NCBI RefSeq assembly: GCF_028641065.1
Contig: NC_073378.1
Coordinates: 108,252,001-108,316,000 of the forward strand
Direction: 5' to 3'
Length of the DNA: 64,000 nt
Origin: Leucoraja erinacea
Taxonomy: Eukaryota
Shown: positions 53,300 to 64,000 of the stretch, one piece after another
Layout of the letters: each line of letters opens with the position of its first letter
How positions within the stretch are numbered: the first letter of the stretch is position 1
Translations under genes and position numbers: made by a program
Notes under the pieces: model-generated
The model's database searches: none
What the model saw: only the letters and a program-made list of their open reading frames with translations
What the model was told of the DNA's origin: nothing

Positions 53300-54274
53300 G
53301 TTTTTCTTCTGGGTCTTCTCTATACGCACTCCCCAGAGAGTTGGGTTTAGCAGATTCAAGGCCAGCAGTTGGGATAACAACCCCAACATGTTTTTGCTGA
53401 TTAAAATAACCTTGAGAAGGTCTAATACCTTCATCTCCTGCATCATTATTGATTGTAGAGGTTGTAAATCCATCCACAGGCACATTCCAAATATGCAACA
53501 ACTCTGCAGCAGAAGATGTCGATGAATTTCTTATCACTTCAGTTTGGTTTTCATTTTTAGTCCCACTTGTATCAAAAGCTGCAGTAACTTTGCCTTTTTC
53601 TTCAGTCTCTAATGAATGCTTACAATTTGAACATTTATCAGAGTTCTCAATGTGCAATGGTTCCTTACTGCTCTCTGCTTCCAGACTGTTGATGTGAAAA
53701 GCAGTTGACGATTTTACAGATAGGACAGAGGTTGATGTGTCCGTGCTATATAGATGTGTACTGTGCTCACTCTGATACAATGGTTTTGCTATATTGGAAA
53801 ACTGAACATTTATATCTTTCTGTGTCTTGATCTGTTTTGGTTTAGGCATTTCTTGTTTCTTGGAAACATTCTTCCTTGAGGAAGCTAATGTTCTGAGCAG
53901 TGACATGTTCACTGATTTGCTGTTTAAAATGTTGTCTTCCAGTTGTAGCAATTTATTATAATTAGAGCAGTCATCATCAGGTTTATAACAATACACATCC
54001 CATTTTTCCTGCAGGTTTTTTTTGACACCATATGATATTATGCCTACTTTGTTTAGGCCACATTTCCAGCTTCTGTGAATCCTCGGATAACCTACTTCTC
54101 CTGACAACAGCCAGCCTGCCCTGCACTCCTCTAGACCAGAAAGGCAAGCGGTATGAAGTTGATCCCTAGTTGCCATCACAGCTCCAAAGCTTTGTTCACA
54201 AGCCAGTTTGGCAGCAGGAAAAGTCAAAGAATAACGATTCTGCCGATCATAATGAAACACGCCACTCACACGCC
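53300..54274 (-). CDS. Exon encoding a Link (hyaluronan-binding-type) module plus Ser/Thr-rich stalk; 3' boundary lost in low-quality sequence
   Basis: cctttcctgcag|GG CGT (phase 1). GVFHYDRQNRYSLTFPAAKLACEQ..AVMATRDQL...LEECRAGWL..GEVGYP...KCG..KVGIISYG...EKWDVYCY is a full Link consensus, most like TSG-6 by recall, followed by over 200 aa of open low-complexity frame. Confidence 0.9.
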
Positions 54275-55661
54275 CTGCAGGAAAGGAAGCATGTCATTTA
54301 AAAATATGCACTCGAAAAATGTATTTGATACATCCCCTTAAGAGATTTTTTTGTCATTACATTTTCATGATCTAGTTCCACAACTAAATTCTATATTGAG
54401 ACATACCTTTGTTACAATCATTAATAGTTTATCATTTTGCAATTAAGGAAAAACTAAAATAATATCTGCTAAATATAAATAATACATATGCTGACAATTC
54501 AAGGCACTCTACCTGATTTTCTAATACAGTCACACAGATGTAAATCTCAGGATGACAAGTTATAGCATTTAGTAAGCAATTACTTAAAATCTCACTGGGC
54601 ACAGTTGGAAACAGCTAATGATGGATTTACTCCAGTGTAAGAGCACAATAAATACTAAACATATATTCTACTTTTCAGCATTTCTTTCATTATGGATCTG
54701 CCTTTTTTCCTTTTAAAACCAAACAAAAAAAGTACACTGAGATTATAAAAACAGCAGTAGAATAAGAATTCCCAGGCCTCATCTTGGAATGCCAGGTGGT
54801 ATTGTGTTCAGATGAGACTTGGTGATTCATATTACATTTCTGTTTTTATCATCTCAATCCTTGAATATGAGTGAATTTCAAGACAAACTCAGTCTCAGCA
54901 TATTTGGATATAGACATAAGTATGTTCAGAAAATATAACAGTCATTGTCAAGTATAAAAATCATTGCACTCTCTATGCCATTACATACAAATTAATAAAC
55001 TGGTACAATTTTGTATTAAATATCTAAAATTGGACCTGCATTTGGAGGTAGAATACTTCTTAATTGGGGCATTTTCATATCAAGATTTGTTTAGCATTAG
55101 AGGATGAATTGAAAAGGGCTTGCGTAGAACTAAAAACATGAAAAGTTTTCAAACATACAACAGACTTAACTGTAGCTGTTTTCTATTTCCAGTGCAAATT
55201 ATAAAGTGGAAGTTGAGAAATTACTATTACATTGTAGACTAAAGAAAAATCTGCAGACATAATTTGGAACTTGCCACTTGGTATTTTGCAGTTTTCAGTG
55301 GGTCATTATCTGTTTTTTAGTAAGGTTCCTTGCTTTAGGACTTTTTAAAATCACATGCTAACAGCTACAAAATTAAAAATACATGAAAGGAAACTCAAAA
55401 CATTAGAGCATAATTAGAGGTTAGCATTACACGATTGATGATGTCAACTTGATGTCTAATTTCCAAATAAATGAAATCATTCCAATTACATGAAAATGCA
55501 CTGTTTTCTGCCCTTCCGTTGGACAGTTTAGGACTTCAACAAGGAATAATTAGTATCACTGTGGATATTTAACTGCATGAGATTCTTCTATTTCTTCAGC
55601 ATTGTGAAATGGAAAGCTAATTCTTTGATTTTACATAACTACCAGAAGCAGGAAGCAAAGG

Positions 55662-55778
55662 GTAGAGAACTGATGAAGGGAGTGCTTTACTACGTATGAA
55701 CTTTTTCTAAAGAAGAATGATAAAGCAATAGAGGTCACGAAAGCTTAACAGTAGAGAACTGATGAAGGGAGTGCTTTA
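55662..55778 (+). repeat. Perfect 28-bp direct repeat pair
   Basis: gtagagaactgatgaagggagtgcttta at 55662-55689 and 55751-55778. Confidence 0.9.
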
Positions 55779-57180
55779 AGAGAGTCAGGAGTGCAAGAAA
55801 ACTTAAGTCATAAAATGGTAAATAATGGCTGTCCAGGCTGGATTTATGATTCTTATTCTTTTATAACCCCCATACCTGACTCTAGCCTCCCAACGTACCC
55901 TGCCATACGTGCTGGTAACATATTTGTGGCTTTGCCTAATTTTTGGATGAGTTCCCCTATCTGTGAAACTTTCTTCGTGCTTCACAACTCTATCCCCATC
56001 AAACAGATATCCATCTATCTTCTCTCCTTGGCTTGCATACTAGTTGACATTATTAATGATCCCATTTCCTCTATTTCAAACCTTCATCACTCAAAAATAA
56101 CAGTCCTTGAACTCTTTGCCCTTCTCGGACCTCCCATTCATCTCCAAACACTTTGGCTATTACATTACTACAGTATCCCAATCGTTACTGGAACCCCAAC
56201 CCTCCAATTAAATTTCTACCCATGCCACTGCACTAAAATAGCTTCACATCAAGTCACAAATTATATCATGCAAAACTGTGACATAGGCTAAACTGTCCCT
56301 TCTTACCCCAAAATATAATTGCCAAGGTCCTCCAAAAAAAAAAGATCCTTGACGTCTCTAATTTCACGTATACAGTGTATATATATATATATATATACAC
56401 ATATATAGTGCTTCTTGGAAGAAAAAGAAAAAAACACACCATCAGATTGTACAACTACATAAAAATGCCCATAACCATTTCATTGGCCCTCTCTTGACAC
56501 TTCCATTGTATTATCTTGCAGAGCAATGTTGGACCAGAAACCAGAAATCTCCTCCAAAGGTTTTGGAAAGTAAAGCCATTGTCTTTACCTTTCTCCTTGG
56601 AAATTATCTGAGGCTGAACTATACTCACAACCTTGGTGTTATATTTGGCCTTGGACTGAGCTTTAAACCTGATAATCGTGCCATCTATAAGATTCTCATT
56701 TGCTCTCCATAACATTGTCTTACTCAGTTCCTTCAACAGATGCTGCTGCAGAAACCTTGAACCGGACCGTTCTACCTCTAGCCTGGACAACCCCTCTTAA
56801 ACTAGAGATCAACACATTATATTGGCTGTCCCAAATTACACTGATCCATTCACCCATCCATCTCTTCGTTACTGATATTGCTATTGGTTTATTACTTCCA
56901 AATGCAGCAAACTACATCTGCTTTGTGAATATATAACTTTGCTTTCTGCTCCCGAGGCAAATTATACCATATATGGGTGCAAGCATGCCATATGTGAATA
57001 CAGAAGGTAGTGCAAAGGAGAAAATAAATAGTGCATAATGTAGTGTTCCAGCTGCAGAGAAAGCGCAGATAAAAAACATAGAGCAAGGGCCAAAACAAGG
57101 TAGATTGGAAGATTGGGAATTTGTCCAACAAAGAGTGTGATAATAGCTGGGAAGAAGCTGTTCTTGAATCTGTAGTGTTT

Positions 57181-57530
57181 ATCTACATCGGTGAGACCAA
57201 GCGTAGGCTTGGCGATCGTTTCGCCTAACACCTCCGCTCGGTCCGCATTAACCAACCTGACCTTATGGCTCAGCACTTCAACTCCCCCTCCCATTCCGAA
57301 TCCAACCTCTCTGTCCTGGGCCTCCTCCATGGCCAGAGCGAGCACCACTGGAAATTGGAGGAGCAGCACCTCATATTCCGCTTGGCAGTCTGCACCCTAG
57401 CGGCATAAACATTGAATTCTCCAATTTCAGGTAGCCCTTGCTGACTCCTCCCCTTCTCAGCTCTCCCTCAGCCCTCGGGCTCCTCCTCTTCCTTTCTTCT
57501 TCTCCACCCCCCCCCCCCCTCCCCCCTCAT
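57181..57530 (+). mobile_element. Penelope-like GIY-YIG endonuclease fragment
   Basis: YIGETKRRLGDRFA*HLRSV...AQHFNSPSHS...KLEEQHLIFRL..L.PSGINIEFSNFR*, then a pyrimidine-rich UTR. Confidence 0.85.
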
Positions 57531-59119
57531 AGCTGTACATTTCTTGCAGTTCTGGACAGAGTTGCAATATCAGACTGTGATGCATCTGGATAGGATGATT
57601 TGTATGCTATACATGTCAAAATTAGAAAGAGTTATTTGAGACATGCCAAATTTCCTTGGTTATCAGTGGAAGTAATGTCTTTTCTTGGCCATCGCGGTAA
57701 TATGATTGAGCCAGGCCAAATTGGTGGTGGTGATACTTATACTGATCAACGTTGGCTTCCATGTAGTTAATATAAATATTGCAAACATGCCCATGTATGT
57801 GTTCTATAACTGTGGCAACATCGTAGAGTTGCTGCCTGAGTGGAATTTGCACATTCTACCTGTGACTGGATGGGTTTACCCTGGGACTCCCGTTTACTCC
57901 CACATACCAAAGCTGTGTGCCTGGCAGGTTAATTGGCCGTCAGTGAGTAGGTGAATCTGAGCTGTGTTGATGGGAATGTGGGTAAAATAGGTTACATGGT
58001 GAATAAGGGAATGGGATTGGTCTACGAGCCAGATATACTTGATGGGTCAAAATCGTCCCCTGTCTCATGGGAAAATAACATTAAGTATTCTTAACATGCA
58101 GAAAGATAAAACAGATTCAAGGCAAATTTAATTTCCAGTGCTTGCTCTTATGTTGAAAGGTTAATACAGTCTGTGCCGTAAAACGATGTTTTTACATACT
58201 CTGAAGATGCTGCCCGGCCCGCCGAGCTACTCCAGTACTTAAGATGTTTTTACTATAGCTACGGCACGAGTTAGCAATCGTACAGTGGTTAGAGCGCTGG
58301 ATTTAACTGGCACGTTGCGACTAAGTATTGATAATCCGATAACCACTTGGTTAAACAGAAAACAGCACGAAAACTACTTACTGCTCAGGTAGTAAGCGCA
58401 AGTTGGCCGCTGAGTGGAAACAAGACACACGATGGGCCACAACGACAACACGACCAGCAAGAGAAGCATTCTTGATTCTAGGGAAGCAAAACAGCTCAAT
58501 AACTAACCGTGTTCGAACGGGAACAAAACATCAGAGGGGATTTTTTTTTTAATCGTCTGCATGTTGCACGAATTACTGTTCTAACAAAAACGTGAAGGGG
58601 AAAGTGTAAGATCTGAAACAGCACTGACCTGGTGGCTGAAGCAAGGCGACCACTTCGGCTGCTCACAGCGGTGGGACTAAAGGAAGGGAAGGGCAGCTTG
58701 AGGCATCCCCTACCCCAGTATAATCAGCCTGGTGTGGGATGGGCGGTTTAGTGATCGTCTCTCCAGAGCAGGAAACTGCTTTCAACATAAGCTGACTCCC
58801 TCCATACTCATCTCCACACAACTTCAAGAGGAAAGCTGTGGAAATAAAAATCGCCCCAGCCGACAAGACCGAGTGATTTTAAGTAAATTCTTCGACAATA
58901 TGGCCTGAACTGTAGATATTTCCTAAATGGCTGAAAACAATTCTGGGCAGACTGCCTGGTTGAGATAGTTTCCTGCAAGCTCCTGCCAAGGGTAATTGTT
59001 CCCGAATATAATAGAAAATGAAGCTAACCTATAACAGCTACATTAAGAGTAATTTCCTATATTTGGTTTTGGTTCCCAATTAAGCTTTATTTTGCAGAAT
59101 GTTCCCATCGCCTGTTTAA

Positions 59120-59242
59120 GTGTTTAAGAAGGAACTGCAGATGCTGGAAAATCGAAGGTACACAAAAATGCTGGAGAAACTCAGCGGGTGCAGCAGCATC
59201 TATGGAGCTAAGGAAATAGGCAACGTTTCGGGTCGAACCCCT
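59120..59242. mobile_element. Penelope-like terminal-repeat fragment
   Basis: aagaaggaactgcagatgctggaaaatcgaagg...acgtttcgggtcga, the same family as 2350-2597. Confidence 0.7.
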
Positions 59243-60539
59243 AAGTGAATCCCTCTAACATTCACTAATTCGAGTGAATTCACTCATGCCGTCATTCCCA
59301 CTTCAGTAACCCCACGCCCAGGACTTTCTCACGGGATACAGGAGGATCTTCGAACTGCCAGTGAAGGAATCGAACGAAGTTATTAACTGCCATTTGCAGT
59401 GTTTCACTGTGGAATTGGAAAGTCGTTTTAAATTATTTGGAGACATTTGTTTGCGTTTGTGGACGGAGGCAACACTGTATTTAAGCAGAAAAAAACACAA
59501 TGAAGGGAAGGAATGGGCTCCTTGCCACCTTAAAGCCTGCTCAACGATTCGTCCCATTCATGGCCAATGTACAATTTTTCTGCACCGTATCCTCAACTGC
59601 TTTAATATGGATAAATGAACATCACCAATGACTGATCAGGGCTCCACTGACCTCCAGGTTTGAAAATTTCACCATTCGAATGAACTTTCTCTTCATCTCA
59701 CATTAAATGGCCGTGCTACAGCTTTTCTTTTTTATTAACTAATTACCTCAGTGTGTTGCAAATAACACGCGTTGAAATAGTTTTTCTTATTCTGGAGTCC
59801 TGTTCATGTCGATGGTGACCACACCACTGCCAGTGTAGATCCCACCTTCTGCCAATGGAGAATGAATCGATGTGGGAATACAAGTAATTCAAGTCTATTC
59901 AAAAAATTGGTACTGGTGTAATAATCCAATAATTTCCTTTTATTTCAACTATACATCAATTATTTATTTACCATTCTGTTACATTTGACAAGCATGAAAT
60001 TCATTTTTGAAATATGTTGACTCTTATTAGTTTCTAGATGTATTTCTATATATCTTTAAATAGTGATGTAAATAACTTAAATAATGTTATGGTCTCTGAA
60101 TTTATTCTTTTTCACTCTGTAAATTTGTGAATTGCTTTATTAATTATACTTTCATGAAATTATATCTTCATAAGGGAGCAGAATTAGGCCATTCGACCAG
60201 TCATCAAGTCTACTCTGCCATTCGATCATGGCTGATCTATCTCTCCCTCCTAACCCCATTCCCATGCCTTCTCTCCATAACCCCTGACATCCATCACTTT
60301 CATAGCAATTTTTTGTAGCTATAAAATATCTGACCCAGTGTCTTACAAATTTGTTATTTGTACACACAATATGGAAGACGACTGAGTTTCTCCTTGATCC
60401 ACATTCAACTAGGGAGATTAATTTTAATGAATTATCTCTAAGTATATCTACTTGCATTTAACCCTTTCTATCTACTACAACTCATCTCAATGACCTTTTG
60501 ACTTGCAGAAGGAAGTGATGTGTTTGTTAACATTGTCGC

Positions 60540-61250
60540 ACAAGGATTTGAGTTCCATATCGGGCCTTGGTGAGACACCACCTGAAAAGTTGTTGATAGT
60601 TCTTATTGTGTATCCAAGGGAGGAAATGCTATACTTGCAATGGAAGTGCAATGCAAGCTCACTGAATTGATTCTTAGGTTGGTGGGTTATCTTGCAAGCA
60701 GAGCTTTCGCAGATTAGGCTTCTACTCTCTTGCCTTTGGAAGAATAAGGGACGGTCTCAATTCAATTAAATGATAGTTTATTGTCACATGTGCCTGGGTA
60801 CAGTGAAATGCTACGTTTACCATACAACCCGGTAAAATCATACAACAGGTCTCACCTAGGCAGTACACAAGTGTCGCCACGTTTTGGCGCCGACAAAGCT
60901 ACAAAAGTTTGCCGAACAGTCCTATCTACTGCCTTTTTATGGGGATTGACAGTAATAGTGATTCCACTGGCTAAGATGTCTAGAAGCAGGAGGCACTGTC
61001 TCAAAATCAGGAGTCAGTCAGTTAGGATAGAGATGAAAAGTAATTTATTTCCTCGGAGAGTTGTGAATTATTGAATTCACTCCCCCAGTGGTATTGCAGA
61101 GTTGCTACGTATATTCAAGCCAGAGATAAATGGATTATCAATGGAATAAATAGATAGAAAGACAGCACAGGAAAATAATGCTGATGCAAAAGATCAGCCA
61201 TAATCTTACAAGTGGCAGAGGAAGCAAAAATGACAGAATTGCCCACTCCT
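60540..61250 (+). mobile_element. Decayed CR1 3' region
   Basis: ccttggtgagacaccacctg, then SRSRRHCLKIR...FPRRVVNY. Confidence 0.6.
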
Positions 61251-61319
61251 CCTCTTTCTAGTGTTATTGTGTTTAGATTTAGGTTTATTATTGTTACATT
61301 TACAGAGGTGCAGTGAAAA

Positions 61320-61950
61320 GTGCAGCCTTGAGGTGCTCCCATGCTGAATGTTATCAAGTCTGACACATTTCTACCAATACGACCAGACTGTGGTCTGTGA
61401 ATGAGGAAGTCGAGGATCCAATTGCAGAGGGATGCGCAGAGACCCAGTTCGGCGAGTTTGGTAACCAGCTTGGAGGGGATGATTGGATTAAATGCCGAGC
61501 TGTAATCAATGAATAACAGCCTGACATATGAGTTTTTGTTGTCCAAGTGGTCCAGGGCAGAGTGGAGGCCCAGCGAGATCGCATCCACCGTTGATCTGTT
61601 GTGGCGGTAAGCGAACTGCAGTGGGTCCAGGTTTTTGTCCAGGTATAAGTTGATTTGCGCCATGATCAACCTCTCAAAGCACTTCATTGTCACAGGCGTT
61701 AGTGCCACTGGTCGATAATCATTGAGGCATGTCACCTTACTCTTCTTGGGCACTGGTATAATTGATGCCCTTTTGAAGCAGGTGAGAACCTCAGACCTCA
61801 GAAGTGAGAGGTTGAAAATGTCCGTAAAAACTCCAGCCAGTTGGGCCGCACAGGTTTTTAGAACACGACCAGGTATACCATCAGGTCCAGGTGCTTTTCG
61901 AGGGTTACCCCTCTGAAGGATTTCCTGACGTCGGCCTCTGTGACTGAGAC
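61320..61950 (-). mobile_element. Rex1/Babar-like LINE RT fragment
   Basis: [49 protein letters not shown] and GAPQGC. Confidence 0.88.
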
Positions 61951-61954
61951 TGAG

Positions 61955-62125
61955 AAGATGCTGGAAAATCGAAGGTAGACAAAAATGTTGAAGAAACTCA
62001 GCCGGTGAGGCAGCATCTATGGAAGAAACATTGTCTGAAGAAGGGTTTCGACCTGAAACATTGCCTATTTCCTTCGCTCCATTAATGCTGCCTCACCAGC
62101 TGCGTTTCTCCAGCATTTTTGTCTG
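61955..62125. mobile_element. Quasi-palindromic Penelope-like terminal element with a hammerhead-like core at 62035-62059
   Basis: Inverted arms flank ctgaagaagggtttcgacctgaaac. Confidence 0.65.
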
Positions 62126-63269
62126 TCTGTATATTAGTCACTGAAAGTACGCATGCAGGTACAACAGGAGGTGAAGAAAGCTAATGACATGTCGACCAGA
62201 GTTGTGAATTTGTGGAATTTTCTGCCTCAGAAGGCAGTGGAGGCCGATTCACTGGATGCATTCAAGAGAGAGTTAGATAGAGCTCTTGGGGCTAGCGGAA
62301 TCAAGAATTATGGGGAGAAGGCAGGAACGGGGTACCGATTGTGAATGATCAACCATGATCACATTGAATGGCGGTGCTAGCACGAAATGCCAAATGGCCT
62401 ACTCCTGCACCTCTTGTCTGTGTACCTATGTCATCCATTGTTTTTATCCAGAGATGCTGCCTGACCTGCTGAGTTACTCCAGCACTTTTTGTCTATCTCA
62501 AATTTATTGGCTTCCGTAAATTGTCAATAATGTGTAGGATAGAACCAGTATACAGGTGATCGACCGTGGGCCGTATCATTGAACTAAACTAAAGATAGAC
62601 ATAAAATGCTGAAGTAATTTAGCAGGATGTGCTGCATCTCTAGATAGAGAAGGAATGGGTGATGTTTTGGGTCGCGACCCTTCTTCAGACTGATTCAGGG
62701 AAGAGGGAGATAAGGAAAGAAAAGGTGTGAAAACGAGACAAAGGGGGTGACACTCCACGGGACGGTCCGCCCCTACCTGCGCCATCGCGTATATTTACTG
62801 GAGCTGGGGATGGCCGGAGGAGGTCTCCAACCAGACACAATTTTCGATGCTGCGCGGAGTCAGAGGCGTTACCAAACGGAACGCGGCGACTCTGATCTCG
62901 GCGGAGAACGACCAGCTACAAGCGCCCGCTGTGAGTCCCCATCGCACTGCCAGCTCCAGCCCCTTCCCCTCTGGTCTCCCTCGCTGGCTCTTGCCCCCCT
63001 TTCCCCCATGGCTCTTCCCCATCTTTTCTCCGAGCTCTCTCCCACCACCCAGCCCCCTGCCCACACCGACCCTTCGCCCACATGCCAAACCCGCCCACCC
63101 CCTGGGCCCACACACCCGCCATGCCCACACACCCCTCCGCGAAGTAAGGAAGGAAGGAAAGAAGGAAAGAAGGAGGAGAGAAAGTAGGAAAAAAGGAAAG
63201 AAAGTTGGAAAGATGGAAAGAAAGAAAGAAGGATGGACTAGCCATTGGCGAAATTCTAGCGGCTAGAAT

Positions 63270-63672
63270 TTAGAAGATTGAGGGGGGATCTTATAGAAAC
63301 TTACAAAATTCTTAAGGGGTTGGACAGGCTAAATGCAGGAAGATTGTTCCCGATGTTGGGGAAGTCCAGAACAAGGGGTCACAGCTTAAGGATAAGGGGG
63401 AAATCCTTTAAAACCGAGATGAGAAAAACATTTTTCACACAGAGAGTGGGGAATCTCTGGAACTCTCTGCCACAGGGGGTAGTTGAGGCCAGTTCATTGA
63501 CTATATTTAAGAGGGAGTTAGATGTGGCCCTTGTGGCTAAAGGGATCAGGGGGTATGGAGAGAAGGCAGGTACGGGATACTGAGTTGGATGATCAGCCAT
63601 GATGATATTGAATGGCGGTGCAGGCTCGAAGGGCCGAATGGTCTCCTACTCCTGCACCTATTGTCTATGTTA
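63270..63672 (+). mobile_element. Young CR1 3' fragment just upstream of the CHMP5 promoter (related copy at 62140-62430)
   Basis: Intact RLRGDLIETYKILKGLDRL...TRGHSLRI...FFTQRVGNLWNSLP* plus 3' UTR. Confidence 0.88.
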
Positions 63673-63779
63673 CTGAACGTGCTCAGGGTTTCAGCACCTG
63701 TTGTCTCTACACTGCCCCCTGTGGCAGCCACTCGCAACGTAGTGGGCAAAGATCCCGGAGGAGCGCTCCTCTAGGATCT

Positions 63780-63947
63780 TTGGTAGTGGGTGACGTGACG
63801 GACGTCCGGCGGAAGGGTTTTCCGTGCGTGCCGCGTCATTAATCCCGTGGTTTCGCCCACGCCCACGCCCACTGTGCCGCTGCCGCTGCCGCCGTCGCGG
63901 GGTCGGGTGAGGATTTGTTTTGCTCTCGTCGCCCCATCTCCGTCGCC
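63780..63947 (+). promoter_or_regulatory. CHMP5 CpG promoter and 5' UTR
   Basis: CpG-dense; TGACGT CRE-like site, CGGAAG ETS site, (CGCCCA)3 GC boxes and Kozak gtcgccATG. Confidence 0.75.
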
Positions 63948-64000
63948 ATGAACCGGCTGTTCGGCCGAGCCAAGCCCAAGGGGCCCCCGCCCAACCTGAC
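63948..64000 (+). CDS. CHMP5: CHMP5 first coding exon (ESCRT-III subunit), truncated by the window end
   Basis: MNRLFGRAKPKGPPPNL versus the recalled CHMP5 N-terminus MNRLFGKAKPKAPPPSL. Confidence 0.92.
   Translation, partial: MNRLFGRAKPKGPPPNL

Noticed and set aside
52575-53525. 316-aa Phe/Leu/Ser-rich ORF resembling a membrane protein
   Set aside because: It derives from a CT-rich noise tract plus the antisense strand of the Link exon.
53265-54269. Naming the Link gene TNFAIP6, SUSD5 or CD44
   Set aside because: The downstream architecture fits none of them, so no symbol is assigned.
55662-55778. CRISPR-like repeat-spacer-repeat
   Set aside because: Only two copies, in a vertebrate context with no cas genes.

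Overview
This is vertebrate genomic DNA, most likely a skate or ray, inferred from HE1/V-SINE-like SINEs and CR1, Rex1/Babar and Penelope-like repeats. The left end carries three coding exons of FASTKD3 (minus strand) with its probable promoter, and the right end carries the CpG promoter and first coding exon of CHMP5 (plus strand). Between them, on the minus strand, lies a multi-exon gene that the ORF track mostly misses. It has one clean exon encoding a TSG-6-like Link module plus a Ser/Thr-rich stalk, followed by eight frameshifted but recognisable exons encoding two tandem Caspr/CNTNAP-type fibrinogen-like domains with matching intron positions. Roughly 15-53 kb looks like low-accuracy consensus (dense indels, noise tracts, a 100-N gap), so those frameshifts may be sequencing errors. 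Penelope-like termini carry minimal hammerhead ribozyme cores. All family assignments come from recalled motifs, not database searches.
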